DNA from: Mobula hypostoma
Lineage: Eukaryota
Assembly (NCBI RefSeq): GCF_963921235.1
Contig: NC_086100.1
Span: forward strand, 74,152,001 to 74,216,000
Direction of reading: 5' to 3'
Length of the DNA stretch: 64,000 nt
The notes under the pieces were generated by a model, which saw nothing but the letters and a program-made list of their open reading frames with translations, made no database searches and was not told where the DNA came from. Of this stretch, positions 49,063 through 61,150 are shown piece by piece. The position numbers and the translations under genes were made by a program. Position 1 is the stretch's first letter. Every line of letters starts with the position of its first letter.

Positions 49063-51433
49063 CCATATAACCATATAACAATTACAGCACGGAAACAGGC
49101 CATCTCAGCCCTTCTAGTCCGTGCTGAAATCTTACTTTCCCCTAGTCCCACCGACCTGCACTCAGCCCATAACCCTCCATTCCTTTCCTGTCAATATAGC
49201 TATCCAATTTAAATGACAACATTGAACCTGCCTCAACCACTTCTGCTGGAAGCTCATTCCACACAGCTACCACTCTCTGAGTAAGAAGTTCCCCCTCATG
49301 TTACCCTAAACTTTTGCCCTTTAACTCTCAACTCATGTCCTCTTGTTTGAATCTCCCCTACTCTCAATGGAAAAAGCCTATCTACGCCAACTCTATCTAT
49401 CCCCCTCAATCTTCTACGCTCCAAAGAATAATGTCCCAACTTGTTCAATCTTTCTCTGTAACTTATGAAATGAAACCCAGGTAACATTCTGGTAAATCTT
49501 CTCTGTACTCTCTCAATTTTATTGACATCTTTCCTATAATTCGGTGACCAGAACTGTACACAATACTCCAAATTTGGCCTTACCAATGCCTTGTACAATT
49601 TCAACCATTACATCCCAACTCCTATACTCAATGGTCTGATTTATAAAGGCCAGTATACCAAAGGCTTTCTTCACCACCCTATCCACATGAGATTCCACCT
49701 TCAGGGAACTATGCACCATTATTCCTAGATCCCTCTGTTCTACTGCATTCTTCAATGCCCTACCATTTAACATGTGTGTCCTATTTTGATTAGTCCTACC
49801 AAAATGTAGTACCTCACATTTATCAGCATTAAACTCCATCTGCCATCTTTCAACCCACTCTTCTAACTGGCCTAAATCTCTCTACAAGCTTTGAAAACCG
49901 ACTTTGTTATCCACTTCTCCACCTATCTTAGTATCATCTGCATACTTACTAATCCAATTTATCACCCCATCATCCAGATCATTAATATACATGAAAAACA
50001 ACACTGGACCCAGTACAGATCCCTGAGCCACACCACTAGACACCGGCCTCCAATCTGACGAACAGTTATCCACCACTACTCTCTGGCATCTCCCATCCAG
50101 CCACTGCTGAATTCATTTTACTACTTCAATATTAGTACCTGACGATTGAACCTTCCTAGCTAACCTTCCATGCGGAACCTTGTCAAAGGTCTTACTGAAG
50201 TCCATATAGACAAGATCCACTGCCTTACCCTAGTCAACTTTCCTAGTAACTTCTTCAAAAAATTCAATAAGATTTGTCAAACATGACTTTCCACACACAA
50301 ATCCATGTTGACTGTTCCTAGTCAGACCCTGTCTATCCAGATAATTATATATACCATCTCTAAGAATACTTTCCATTAATTTCCCCACCATTGACATCAA
50401 ACTCACAGACCGATAATTGCTAGGTTTACTCTTAGAACCCTTTTTAAACAATGGAACAACATGAGCAATACACCAATCCTCCAGCACCATCCCCGTTTCT
50501 AATGACATTTGAAATATTTCTGTCAGAGCCCAGGCTATTTCCACACTAACATCCCTCAAGGTCCTGGGGAATACCCTGTCAGGACCAGGAGACTTGTCCA
50601 CTTTTATATTCCTTAAAAGCACTAGTACTTCCTCTTCTTTAATCATCATAGTTTCCTTAACTACCCTAATTGTTTCCCTTACCTTACACAATTCAATATC
50701 CTTCTCCCAAGTGAATACCGAAGGAAAGAAATTGATCAAAATCTCCCCCATCTCTTTTGGTCCCGCACATAGCCGTCCACTCTGATTCTCTAAGGGACCA
50801 ATTTTATCCCGCACTATCCTTTTGCTATTAATATAACTGTAGAAACCCTTTGGATTTATTTTCACCTTACTTGCCAAAGCAACCTCATATCTTCTTTTAG
50901 CTTTTCTAATTTCTTTCTTAAGATTCTTTTTACATTCTTTATATTCCTCAAGCACCTCATTTACTCCAAGCTGCCTATATTTATTGTAGATCTCTCTCTT
51001 TTTCCAAACCAAGTTTCCAACATCCCTTGAAAAACATGGCTCTCTCAAACTTTTAACTTTTCCTTTCAACCTAACAGGAACATAATGAGTCTGTACCCTC
51101 AAACTTACACCTTTAAATGACCTCCATTTACATCCTTCCCGTAAAACAAATTGTCCCAATCCACTCCTTCTAAATCCTTTCGCATCTCCTCAAAGTTAAC
51201 CTTTCTCCAATCGAAAGTCTCAACCCTGGGTCCAGTCCTATCCTTCTCCATAATTATATTGAAACTAATGGCATTGTGATTACTGGACCTGAAGTGCTCC
51301 CCAACACATACCCCGTCACCTGACCTATCTCATTCCCTAACAGGAGATGCAACACTGCCCCTTCTCTAGTTGGTACCTCTATGTATTGCTGCAAATACTA
51401 TCTTGTACACATTTTACAAACTCCAAACCATCC
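49063..51433 (-). mobile_element. 5'-truncated CR1 LINE nested in the Academ element
   Basis: Minus ORFs DKSPGPD..QHGFVCGKSCLTNLIEFFE, SKYADDTKIGG and LVRPNLEYCVQFWSP, with a (tatatggt)n tail. Splits the Academ sequence DTDVF|IMSLAF at a shared aaa. Confidence 0.95.
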
Positions 51434-53393
51434 AAAGACATCTGTATCTTCTGAGCAGATCACTACAGATTGGTATCCCCCTCTTGTGGTAGCATGGAGA
51501 AGTAGGCAGCCATCTGCTTCTTCTTGTTGACACTGAAGAGCTGACACCTCCTCACTGTTTTGAGATGTGTTTCTGTAACATTTGTCATTTACAGTTGCAT
51601 ACAGATTCTCCTCCTGTAGCTTTGCTCTATACTCCGCCTTCCTCCATTTCACTTCTCTCTTCTTACATATATCACTGAATGTTTTCAGCTTGTTGGTTTT
51701 CATTGGGTCATGGAATTTCTTTGCTGGTGGGTCTTCCTCTAGTCCCTCATCCTTGAGGGTTGCATAGCATTGTTCACCAATCTCATATGCCTTCATCAGG
51801 TCGGAGGCAATGTCCTTGGGGACTGCCTTTGCCGTAGAGATGCTAATGAGGTCCTGCTTTTCTGAAAATGGGTTGACCCATTCACATATGAGGCTAACCA
51901 CTGCTGAAACTGCTTCCTCATCTTTCTGGATTCTTGGCTGCTGTAGCTCCGCATGACAAAGCTCTGATTTGTTACCTTGCACCATCTCCCTTAACTGTCC
52001 CAGGAATGCACTGTGGTGCTCAGCTGTTAGTAGTAACGCTTGATAGTTCCAGCATTCAGGCTGAACCGTGATGTGCCTCCAGGAGTCTGTGTGTCTTTCT
52101 TCACTGTGACTTCAACAGCCTGGCCCACAGGGATCTGCCCAAAGGGGTTGTTACTTGACAGCTGCACTGAGAATTGGCCTGTCTTGAAGGCCTCACACAC
52201 AGAAGGATTCTTCTCTGGGAGGTTCATCATCTGAGCAAAGTAAGGGGACAGGTACCTGGCGTAATTCATCCTATCATAGGCAAAGCACCATGGGATCATG
52301 GTTCTTATAGCATGGAGGTGCAACTCCCAGTCCCCCTCACGAGAGACACGCAGAAACCCAAGTACCACGTTTTCTACCATGTCGATGTATGATATCCAGA
52401 ATGCAGATGGCTCTCCATTGTTGTGATGGAGGTGTTCCAGAAAGTCTGTCCACAGGGTTACCAGCTCAGCTAAGAGTGGACTTTGCAGCAGATTGTTCAA
52501 CTTCTGTTGGTTCAAGTCACTAGCCATAGCATTCACATAGTCTAAGAATGATTTGATCATCCCACACAGAATACAGAAATCTACCACCGCTGCAATGCTA
52601 TCACATATTTTCTAGCACTAGGGCCGTATACCTTGCCAAAAATCACTATAAGAATTATTGCCCCCAGATGGTACAAGTAGCCCAAATTTGGGGTCCTGGC
52701 TCACGGACTAAAGGAGATATTTACTGAACTGATCAGCAGTCCAGACACTTAGAAAGTTTTCTCCACCCAGACTAACAAGTGTCCCGAACCAGGGCAGCAG
52801 CGGTGGATAGGCGGTGTAAAAACCTTCAGTCCACAAATAGACATTTAAAATTAAAGCCAAAACCATAAATGTTGTAAATCGAAAATAAAAATTCTAATGG
52901 AAAGACTCAGCAGGTCAGGCAGCTTCTATGGGAACGAATATTCCCCAGGCTTCAGCAGAGAATCGCAGAGTGTCTACTGACTTCTCCAGTCCAAGCAGGT
53001 TAGCGTGAAATGGAAATGTGTACCGACGCATAGCGCAGAGCTCAAATCGCACAAAGGTGGCTGGGAAATTTAAGTTCAGTCAATAATCTCGAATTACAAT
53101 ACAAAATTGACAAAATGTGCATGGTCAATGAGTGATATCACAACCAACGTGAATAGGCATCTAATCTAACTTGTACACAGCGGTCACTTGGATACCTTCG
53201 ATTTGGCGACTCAGACTTGAACAGGTGATGGTAGGAGGAGGGAGGGGGGGTCATGATTCACTCCAGTTTCCAAGCAGTCTCCTGGCAGCAGGTCAAACAT
53301 GGGAAATGAATGAACTTCCTTCTCATGACTAACAGTCGCTGATGGATATAGTTTCAGATTGAAACCTTCCATCAGAACTTCTAACTTAAAGAT

Positions 53394-54090
53394 GCATTAC
53401 CGCCACAACTGGACTGGAGTGTAGTTGTAGAGAGTTGGGAAATGAAAACCCACTAGTTCTTTATCAAATGAAAACTAAGTTACCTCAAAAAGCCCTATAG
53501 ATTGTAAATAATGAAAGAAAATATTGTGAATTAAATTAATTTCCAAAACTTAGTATAGTTTTTCAATGAAAACTGTCAACCCTCAAAGATGGTAGTGCAT
53601 CCAAGTATTTGCTTTCGTTCAACCTTATATACATTGTAAAACAACGTGTTCAACTTTTCCATAATGATGCCAAAACCTACACACCCCAGGCTGATGTTTT
53701 CCAACAAGATATTAGGAATAGTTAAGCATGGTATGCCCAATCCAAAGTCGAGTAAATATAATTCCTTCCTTTCTTATTCTACCCCCTTCTCCCATCTATC
53801 CAACAGTCTTATGTACTTTGTAAAGGTGTCTCCCCTTATGTCATTACCCCACAAGTCTTATAATAATCCCCTAATTCTTAACCCACCAAACTTCTAGCTT
53901 CTGATTTGCTCAGCGGAAGGTCTACATCCACAGTTAAGCTTCTAACAGTTTTTTTAGCCAAGCAATCAATGTACTCATTCCCCTCAAGACCACTAAGTGT
54001 GGGAACCCATAAAAGTAGACATGTAAATCAATACTTTGAATATGAAATAAAATTTGAAGAGCTTCAGGTAGTAAATCTGACCTTCTGCTA
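53394..54090 (-). mobile_element. I/Nimb-clade LINE 3' remnant (RNase H and C-terminal Zn knuckle)
   Basis: Minus strand LLWVPTLSGLEGNEYIDCLAK and IFTRLWIGHTMLN..GKH..GVC..VEHVVLQC. 3' UTR motif cactccagtccagt.gtggcggtaatgc. Confidence 0.72.
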
Positions 54091-54172
54091 GAAGAACTCA
54101 ACACTTCTTCACAGTGAACGACAATTTATAAGAGGCAGGATGAGGGATGTAGAGGGAGTGGACTCACCACAT

Positions 54173-54728
54173 TGTCAGGACTTTGGCGTCCATCCACAGT
54201 CAGCCACTAGAAGCCCTCAGAAGGCTTCTAGTTTCAAAATATTCCAGTCTTACTGGTTACCTGTATGGTAATTGAGTACACCTGTGCTGTGTCACTCTGA
54301 GTATTTAAACTGTGTGAATTATGCTGTTCTTTGTTCAGTCTTTGAAACAACACTTGATAGTGTGTCTCTTTGGTCATCCAAATGCTGTGTTCCTTTTGAC
54401 TGTGTTTTTTTTTTCATTGTCTTTTGGCTTTTCTGTTTGGACCCATTTTGTTTTAGAACTTTGGATTTAACCTGTTGTTTTTTTGGAATAGTTCACCTGC
54501 TCATTTATGACTTTTTTTTCCCCTGGCCTTCTGATGTGGATTATTGCCTTTGTTTTGGAACTGTGCTGGAAATCAAACTATCCAGTAAAGTACCTGCCTG
54601 AATATTCATTCTGACCTCCTGCATGATCTCTGCACCTGGGTTCGTTTCTCCCTCAGTCCCTGGGGTACAGCAGAAGAGTTCTGTACTGTCATCCTGGAGG
54701 CTGCGTTCAAGCCCAGGTAGGACTGACA
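54173..54728. mobile_element. Old solo LTR predating the duplication
   Basis: TGTCA...TGACA with the 6-bp direct repeat ccacat on both sides. Confidence 0.7.
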
Positions 54729-57043
54729 CCACATTGCTTCATGGGATGATATGAGGACACACTCTGTAGCATTTAAAATAGCGAGAGTTGACCTCCGTGA
54801 GAAATACAATTGTTTACATAGTTGAAGGGATATTGTATCAAAGAATATCTTCGTATGAGAAAAAGACTAAGACTAAAATGAGAAGAAATTTCTACCTTCA
54901 GTAGGGTTGAGCTTTGAAATTATCTATCTCAGTGGCTGTGGAGGTCAGTCACTGACTGCATCCAAACTAGAGATTGTCAAATGTCCAGATATCAAAGGAA
55001 TAAAGGGATATCGGTTTCAGGTACAAAGATGGTTTTTGAGGGAGCAAATCAGCTCTGAATTGTTGAGTGGCAGAGCATTCTCCGGGGGATGAATGATACA
55101 CTCCTGCATTGATTTCTTAATCCTACATAGCAGAGACCGGCTGTTTGTACAGCTACACCTTCACCTCAGTAATATAGCTGTAGTAGATTAATGTGCCCTT
55201 GAAGGTATTGGTAGAGGTTACCAATGCACAGTCCTTATGGAGATAAAGTGCTGTAACAGAGTTGGGACACTCTCCATTGTGCTGGGTGGCAATCTAGTTA
55301 TGATAAATGACTGGACGTCCATGAGCTGATCTGGACTATCAGCAAAACTAGAAGTATGATGTCCATGATCTGTCCTCCCTTGGCCTAACATGTCCTTCTC
55401 TCTACCTCCATAATGAAGGTAGGAGATTAATGAATATACACATGGAGTCAGCAGTGTCACAAACATTAGATATTGAATAGATTAGAAATATTGTTGGCTG
55501 GGAGTGAATATGAGTCACCCGATTGTCACTTGTGGCAAGTTCTATCTTTGAAAAGTCCTTGAGAACTTCACTGATTTCCCTGTGATAACAATTTTTTGGA
55601 TATGATAGAGCCCAACAGTGAACAGCGTCTATCTTAGCCTGGGTGGATTGGACTTCTTTGTAGTCTCTGTCATAGATAATGACATAACCGATAGGTATCT
55701 GTGACTATTATGGATGCTGATTTGAGGTCTTGCACTTGCCTCTGACAGAATGGAAGTTGGAATATTGGTGCTCCAAGCATTTTGTCAGGAGGAAGGATCC
55801 ACTGAGTTATCTTTTCATTCTCCCTCCCTGACAGGCAGCTCTAACAGAAGGTCACATTTTGAAAAATCCTGCACAGCAGACTATGTTACCTGTCTTGGCC
55901 ACATTTATGTTTCTTATTTAAGGCCAGAGTAGATCTTCTTGACTTCATCCATAACTTTGGGAAGTAGATACTGATACCAGTCGTTGCTAGTTCCATAACA
56001 GGTTAAGCCATCAGTTTGTGGAATCCATTTGCCCTATGAGCTGTGAGTTGCTGGAATACTTTGCTGACAGAAATTCCATCTTGTGAAGATGGTATCTTCA
56101 TGTTTGCCCCTCCAAAATGATTACCAATTCCTTTTTGAACCACCCACCTGTTTCCAATTGTGGCTTAGTGGCAATGTTAATGTCAAAGTGCCAGAATGCC
56201 CAGGCTATGAGGAAAGGCAATATCAGGATCTCTCAATTCTGGGACTGCCTTGAAGGTCCATAGTTCCTAGATTTCACACTTAAACATTTTATCTTCATAT
56301 AGCATTTGTTATATACAATGCAAATTGCAATAAAGTAGATGGTAGTATCAATTGTGTCCTCAGCTATTCAGAACTTAGTGCATTGGGCTTAAATATTTCA
56401 CATTACCAGTCTACGGTGCTTTCTTAACTACCAATTTTCCACTTTTTCCCATCTCTAAATATATTTTTGCCTGATACATACTGTAAGAGTCATAGAAAGG
56501 TGCAGTATGTGAACAGACACTTTGGCCCACCAAATCCAAATTAACCAGCAACCACCGTTTTGCTATAATCCTAATTATTCTATTTATATAATTCACCCCA
56601 CATTCTCATCTACCTTTTCCCTTCTCTTCCCTACAACACACCAGCCCCCCTCCCCAGACACTCCGGACTCTGCCAGTCACTTACACACTATGGGAACTTC
56701 ACTATTTAACCTACTGATCTGCTTGCATTTGGGATATGGGGAGGAAAACAGAGCACCTGAGGTCAGGATTGAACTGAGGGCTCTGGGGAACTGTGAGGCA
56801 GCAGCTTCCTAGCTTTCAACAATGTTATCAAGAACAGATAATCTGTTTTTGGTTACACTATCCTTGGTGAGAACTGACAAATTGTTTTTTCAATGATGAA
56901 CAAGATGACATAAAAATGCTTTACTCACACCATGTAGCTAGTATTTTTTGGAAATCCAATACTGAGTATTGAATCTCACATTTCTCTCATCTTTTTTAGG
57001 ACCACCTCACACCCGCATAAAGGAAATGAGTGCATGACATATC

Positions 57044-57092
57044 ATGGATCTCTCAGAGACATTAACCATCGACATTTTCAAACTTGCTTCAG
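57044..57092 (+). CDS. IgSF receptor copy 2, leader exon (exon spans 57000-57092)
   Basis: Same splice sites as copy 1. MDLSETLTIDIFKLAS, phase-1 donor. Confidence 0.75.
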
Positions 57093-57863
57093 GTAACACG
57101 TACGAACTGAGGAATGCTTGTATCAGTAAAACACATCATGCATTATCCAAACACATCAAGAAACTGCTGACTTGCTGATTATACTGAATTACTTCTCGTG
57201 GAAATGTAACTAACACCAGTGTCAGACAACACATGTGCTGGGTGTAAATGCCAAGCATCTCCCACTTTAATAGATTGTAGCTGTGAGGAAAGTCACTGAT
57301 CTGATTTTATTTTCTCTCTCCCCTTGGATTCCATTCTACTTCCAAACATTAGCAGTATTTGTATTTTATTTTAGGACATTCAGATATAGTGCTCAACAAA
57401 TATTTCTTCACAAAGCTAGCTGTACACAGTTTCGTCTCAGGGAAAATATTTCCTCTTGTAACCATAGTTTATTTTTCTGAGAATCTATGAAATTCACACA
57501 CATGATCCTGTCACTGCCAAGAGTACAATTGGAGAAGAGGGTTGGAGCAGGGATTGTACTTCAACCAACCTCGTTGATCATTGTACCCGTGGCTGTTTGA
57601 CCAGCAGGTGTCTTGTCCAGATTGAGACTAATTTCTAGTGCCCAGCCTGGCATCAGGTGGAGCTCAACCCAACATGCATGGGAAAATGGTCCATTGTTGG
57701 CTGGCTCCAGGGTGTAGTGAATATAGCCCTTGAAATTTCAGTACCACCTACACACTACTCTGTGACCTATGGTGCTTCAAGGTAAACTGGTTGATCATGG
57801 TTTACAATCCTAGATTTCCAGTGTCTACAGTTCTTTACTTTTGAATTTATGTTTATTTTCCAG

Positions 57864-58226
57864 TCTTCCATGTAATTTTGCTGTGCAGAGGGGCTCTGTA
57901 TGCCAGACCTGGTACTCTCACTAATGCTGCTGCAGGACAAACCGTGATGTTCCCCATAGAGTACCAAAGCAATGAAGATCAGTACGATGTTACCTTTAGA
58001 TTAACATTTCCACAGCTCTTTAAAATTTTAAAATGGAAATCCAATAATCCAGACAATCTGCATATTGTGCATCCACAGTATAAACACAGAGCTACAATCA
58101 AAAATGGATCGGTGGTGTTATATGATATACAAGTCAGCAACAGTGGAAAGTATCAAATATGGACCGACTACTATGGGGTAGAACTGAAAAACCATGATCA
58201 AAGTACTTTCAAGATTCACGTCTTTG
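57864..58226 (+). CDS. IgSF receptor copy 2, V-set exon (C2 and TM exons not seen in the window)
   Basis: 363 nt, open frame, intact ag/gt sites. 11 amino-acid differences from copy 1 in the 3' part of the domain. Confidence 0.85.
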
Positions 58227-59564
58227 GTAAGCATTCATTCCTGGTACTTTTTATAGTTTTTGCATCTTTAGAAAGTTAAGTATTTTCACGGATCTCCAAG
58301 TTCCAGCCCTTGGTCAAGGTCAACTATATGAAGAGCAGAAGTGAGCTGTGTGATGGACTGTGACAGCAAGAAAGCATTTCACTAAGTGTGACCTTAAGGA
58401 GTCTGAATAAGATCAAAGTCGGTGGCTGTCAATGGAGAAATTCTCCCAATGACTGGGGTCATTTTAGATTTTGGCAGTCCATCATTCTGCCCGAGAAAAT
58501 CACTGCATCAATTCCTCTGCCTGTGTCTTAGGCCCAGCTACCTTCCTTCAATCGAGTCAGAAATGCAGAGGTTTGCAGCTCATTCTGTAATATTAAATTC
58601 AGTACAGAACTTCCTAGAAATCATTGCAATCTTTGCCTTCAGGGTGCAGGGTGCAGTGAGATGTTACTCACCCAGGCTACTGTGATAGCATGTGAAACCA
58701 CAATGTCCGTCACAAGAAGGGCAAAGGCAGCAGGGACGTAGAATGGTCACTGCCTACAGGTTCCCTTTCAGTGAACACAGCTGCCTGATCTAGAAATGTA
58801 TCACAAGTCCTTCACTGATCCTGGGACTAAAGCCTGGAGCTCTAAATGTGTCAGTGGTCTGAAAGTACCTTCACCACAGGCAGCTTGCCAACAACTTTGA
58901 TGGCCTTTAGGGATCGGTAGTAAAGGCTGGCCTCACAAGTCATGCCTATTTGTTAAAAGATGAATATACAGAAAAAAATTCTATTTGATTAATGTAAAGT
59001 TTCTACCTGAAGTTAAAAAAATGTATCAGTGTTTTAGTAGATACATATTGGATCAATTTCTCATGAAGAATGAATTTGAAAGGACTACTGTAGTTTAATC
59101 AGTTGTCCCTGTGCATTCACTGACACAAGCAGACCTGCAAAGACCAGTTTAGCAACATTTCCATTCACTTAGGCAAAATCTGCAAATGTTCACACTATTA
59201 TCAAACAAGCTTCGTTTTCTCACATAATACAGTAAGTTTATTGTTGCATAGGGTAGTGTGTTGAAACTGTGCCAAAGCTAAATGTAAGAAATGAATTTGT
59301 TTATTCCTTGTTTAACCAATTGAGCATTGTGAGATCATATCTGGTACCACTTCTACTTTGATAAATGCATCGTTGTTCTCACAACAGAAAGCAAAGCATG
59401 TCTCTACTTATGAAGTATTAATATAGCATTTCAGTCACAGAAAGGTAAATATTATACTATTCTTACATTATGAGCCAAGTGAGATATACCAAGCAGGTAG
59501 TACACAGAGCTTAAATTTAGAAATCCCTTCAACATTGCACTGTCAGAATTCTTCTCGAAATGGG

Positions 59565-60139
59565 TGTAACTGTCGGGTTCTGTCGGCTGTGTAAGTCTAG
59601 GAAAGACAATCTCTGGCCCCACCAAACGTGTGAGATTGAGGTGCAAAACCTCCTGTTTGGGTGGACGCTGCGTGATTTGTTCCCCTGTTACAAATCAGTA
59701 CCACGAAATAACAAACAGTACACCATACACAATTAAACGATTTAGCTTTATAATTCTGAATTTGACTAAAGTGTTAGTAAAGTAAAACAAGAAGAAAAGG
59801 GCCCATTTTAATGAAACAATCTAATGTGCACAAGTTGGAGCTCACGGTTTCCCCTTCGCTGAACCTTCATCGATTTCCCTGGGCTTCGTCAACTCCCGGC
59901 CCCCTCCAAGTCCACCACTTTCTGGTGTCTACGACCTCTCCTTTCCGGCATGTTCTCTCTCAATCTTCTGCCGAACAAAAAATCCAGATCACCTCAGTCT
60001 CAGACACACAGCAAGTAAAATCACTCCCCTCATTGGATGGCTCACATGTCAAAGCACCCGTTATCTCTAACCATAACCCAAACACTGCTGCTACAGAAAG
60101 ACCATTACATTAGCAGCGAATCCTTCCCAGGGTGTTGCA
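59565..60139. mobile_element. Solo LTR, copy-2 specific, in the V-C2 intron
   Basis: TGTAAC...GTTGCA termini with a 4-bp TSD tggg. Similarity to copy 1 resumes right after it. Confidence 0.85.
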
Positions 60140-60284
60140 TGGGTAATTGATACAAATCAAAATACTGCTTTGTGGTTATTTTTGTGTTCTATTTGAAGCA
60201 GAATTTCATTGGTAGAACATTATTGTATCTGTCAAATGTAAATGACAACCAAAGAAATTGTGCAACATTCAGGACTCTGGTGAG

Positions 60285-61150
60285 GAAACTTTGTCACATG
60301 GTGTGAGCAGAATTATCTGCAGCTTAATGTGAAAAAGACTAAGGAGCTGGTGGTAGATCTGAGGAGAGCTAAGGTACCGGTGACCCCTGTTTCCATCCAG
60401 GGGGTCAGTGTGGACATGGTGGAGGATTACAAATACCTGAGGATACGAATTGACGATAAACTGGACTGGTCAAAGAACACTGAGGCTGTCTACAAGAAGG
60501 GTCAGAGCCGTCTCTATTTCCTGAGGAGACTGAGGTCCTTTAACATCTGCCGGACGATGCTGAGGATGTTCTACGAGTCTGTGGTGGCCAGTACTATCAT
60601 GTTTGCTGTTGTGTGCTGGGGCAGCAGGCTAAGGGTAGCAGACACCAACAGAATCAACAAACCCATCCGTAAGGCCAGTGATGTTGTGGGGATGGAACTG
60701 GACTCTGTCATGGTGGTGTCTGAAAAGAGGATGCTGTCTAAGTTGCATGCCATCTTGGTCAATGTCTCCCATCCACTACATAATGTACTGGTTGGGCACT
60801 GGAGTACATTCAGCCAGAGACTCATTCCACCAAGATGCAGCACAGAGCGTCATAGGAAGTCACTCCTGCCGGTGGCCATCAAATTTTACAACTCCTCCCT
60901 TGGAGGGTCAGACACCCTGAGCCGATAGGCTGGTCCTGGACTTATTTCATAATTTACTGGCATAACTTACATATTACTATTAAACTATTTATTACTATTT
61001 TTCTATTACTATTTATTATTTCTATGACTATTACTATTTACTATTTACTAATAGTAGTGTTACTATTACTATTTATTATTTATGGTGCAACTGTAACGAA
61101 AACCAATTTCCCTCGGGATCAATAAAGTATGACTACGACTATGACTATGA
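60285..61150 (+). mobile_element. Rex1/Babar LINE 3' fragment
   Basis: KKTKELVVDLRR..YKKGQSRLYFLRRLRSF, AT-rich 3' UTR, AATAAA and an (atgact)n tail. Confidence 0.92.

Larger units (their letters stand above)
46523..52710 (-). mobile_element. Academ (AcademX-type) DNA transposon, internally deleted, with two nested insertions
   Basis: About 120-130-bp TIRs, TAGTC.GTGAGCCA at 46523-46642 and 52581-52710 ending CTA. 3-bp TSD aag. Minus ORFs have GDWELHL..NYARYL..GQFSVQ, the XPG/FEN-like EEAD, DTDV and HAYTGCD..GKGK motifs, and a C-terminal Cys cluster. Confidence 0.88.
53891..60178 (+). repeat. Segmental duplication, copy 2 (paralogous to about 1512-8690)
   Basis: Colinear with copy 1. Similarity is lost after aatcaaaatactg..tgtggt at about 60178. 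Confidence 0.95.

Noticed and set aside
60965-61082. AT-rich (tattac/tattta)n tract as a regulatory element
   Set aside because: It is a simple-repeat expansion within a Rex1 3' UTR.
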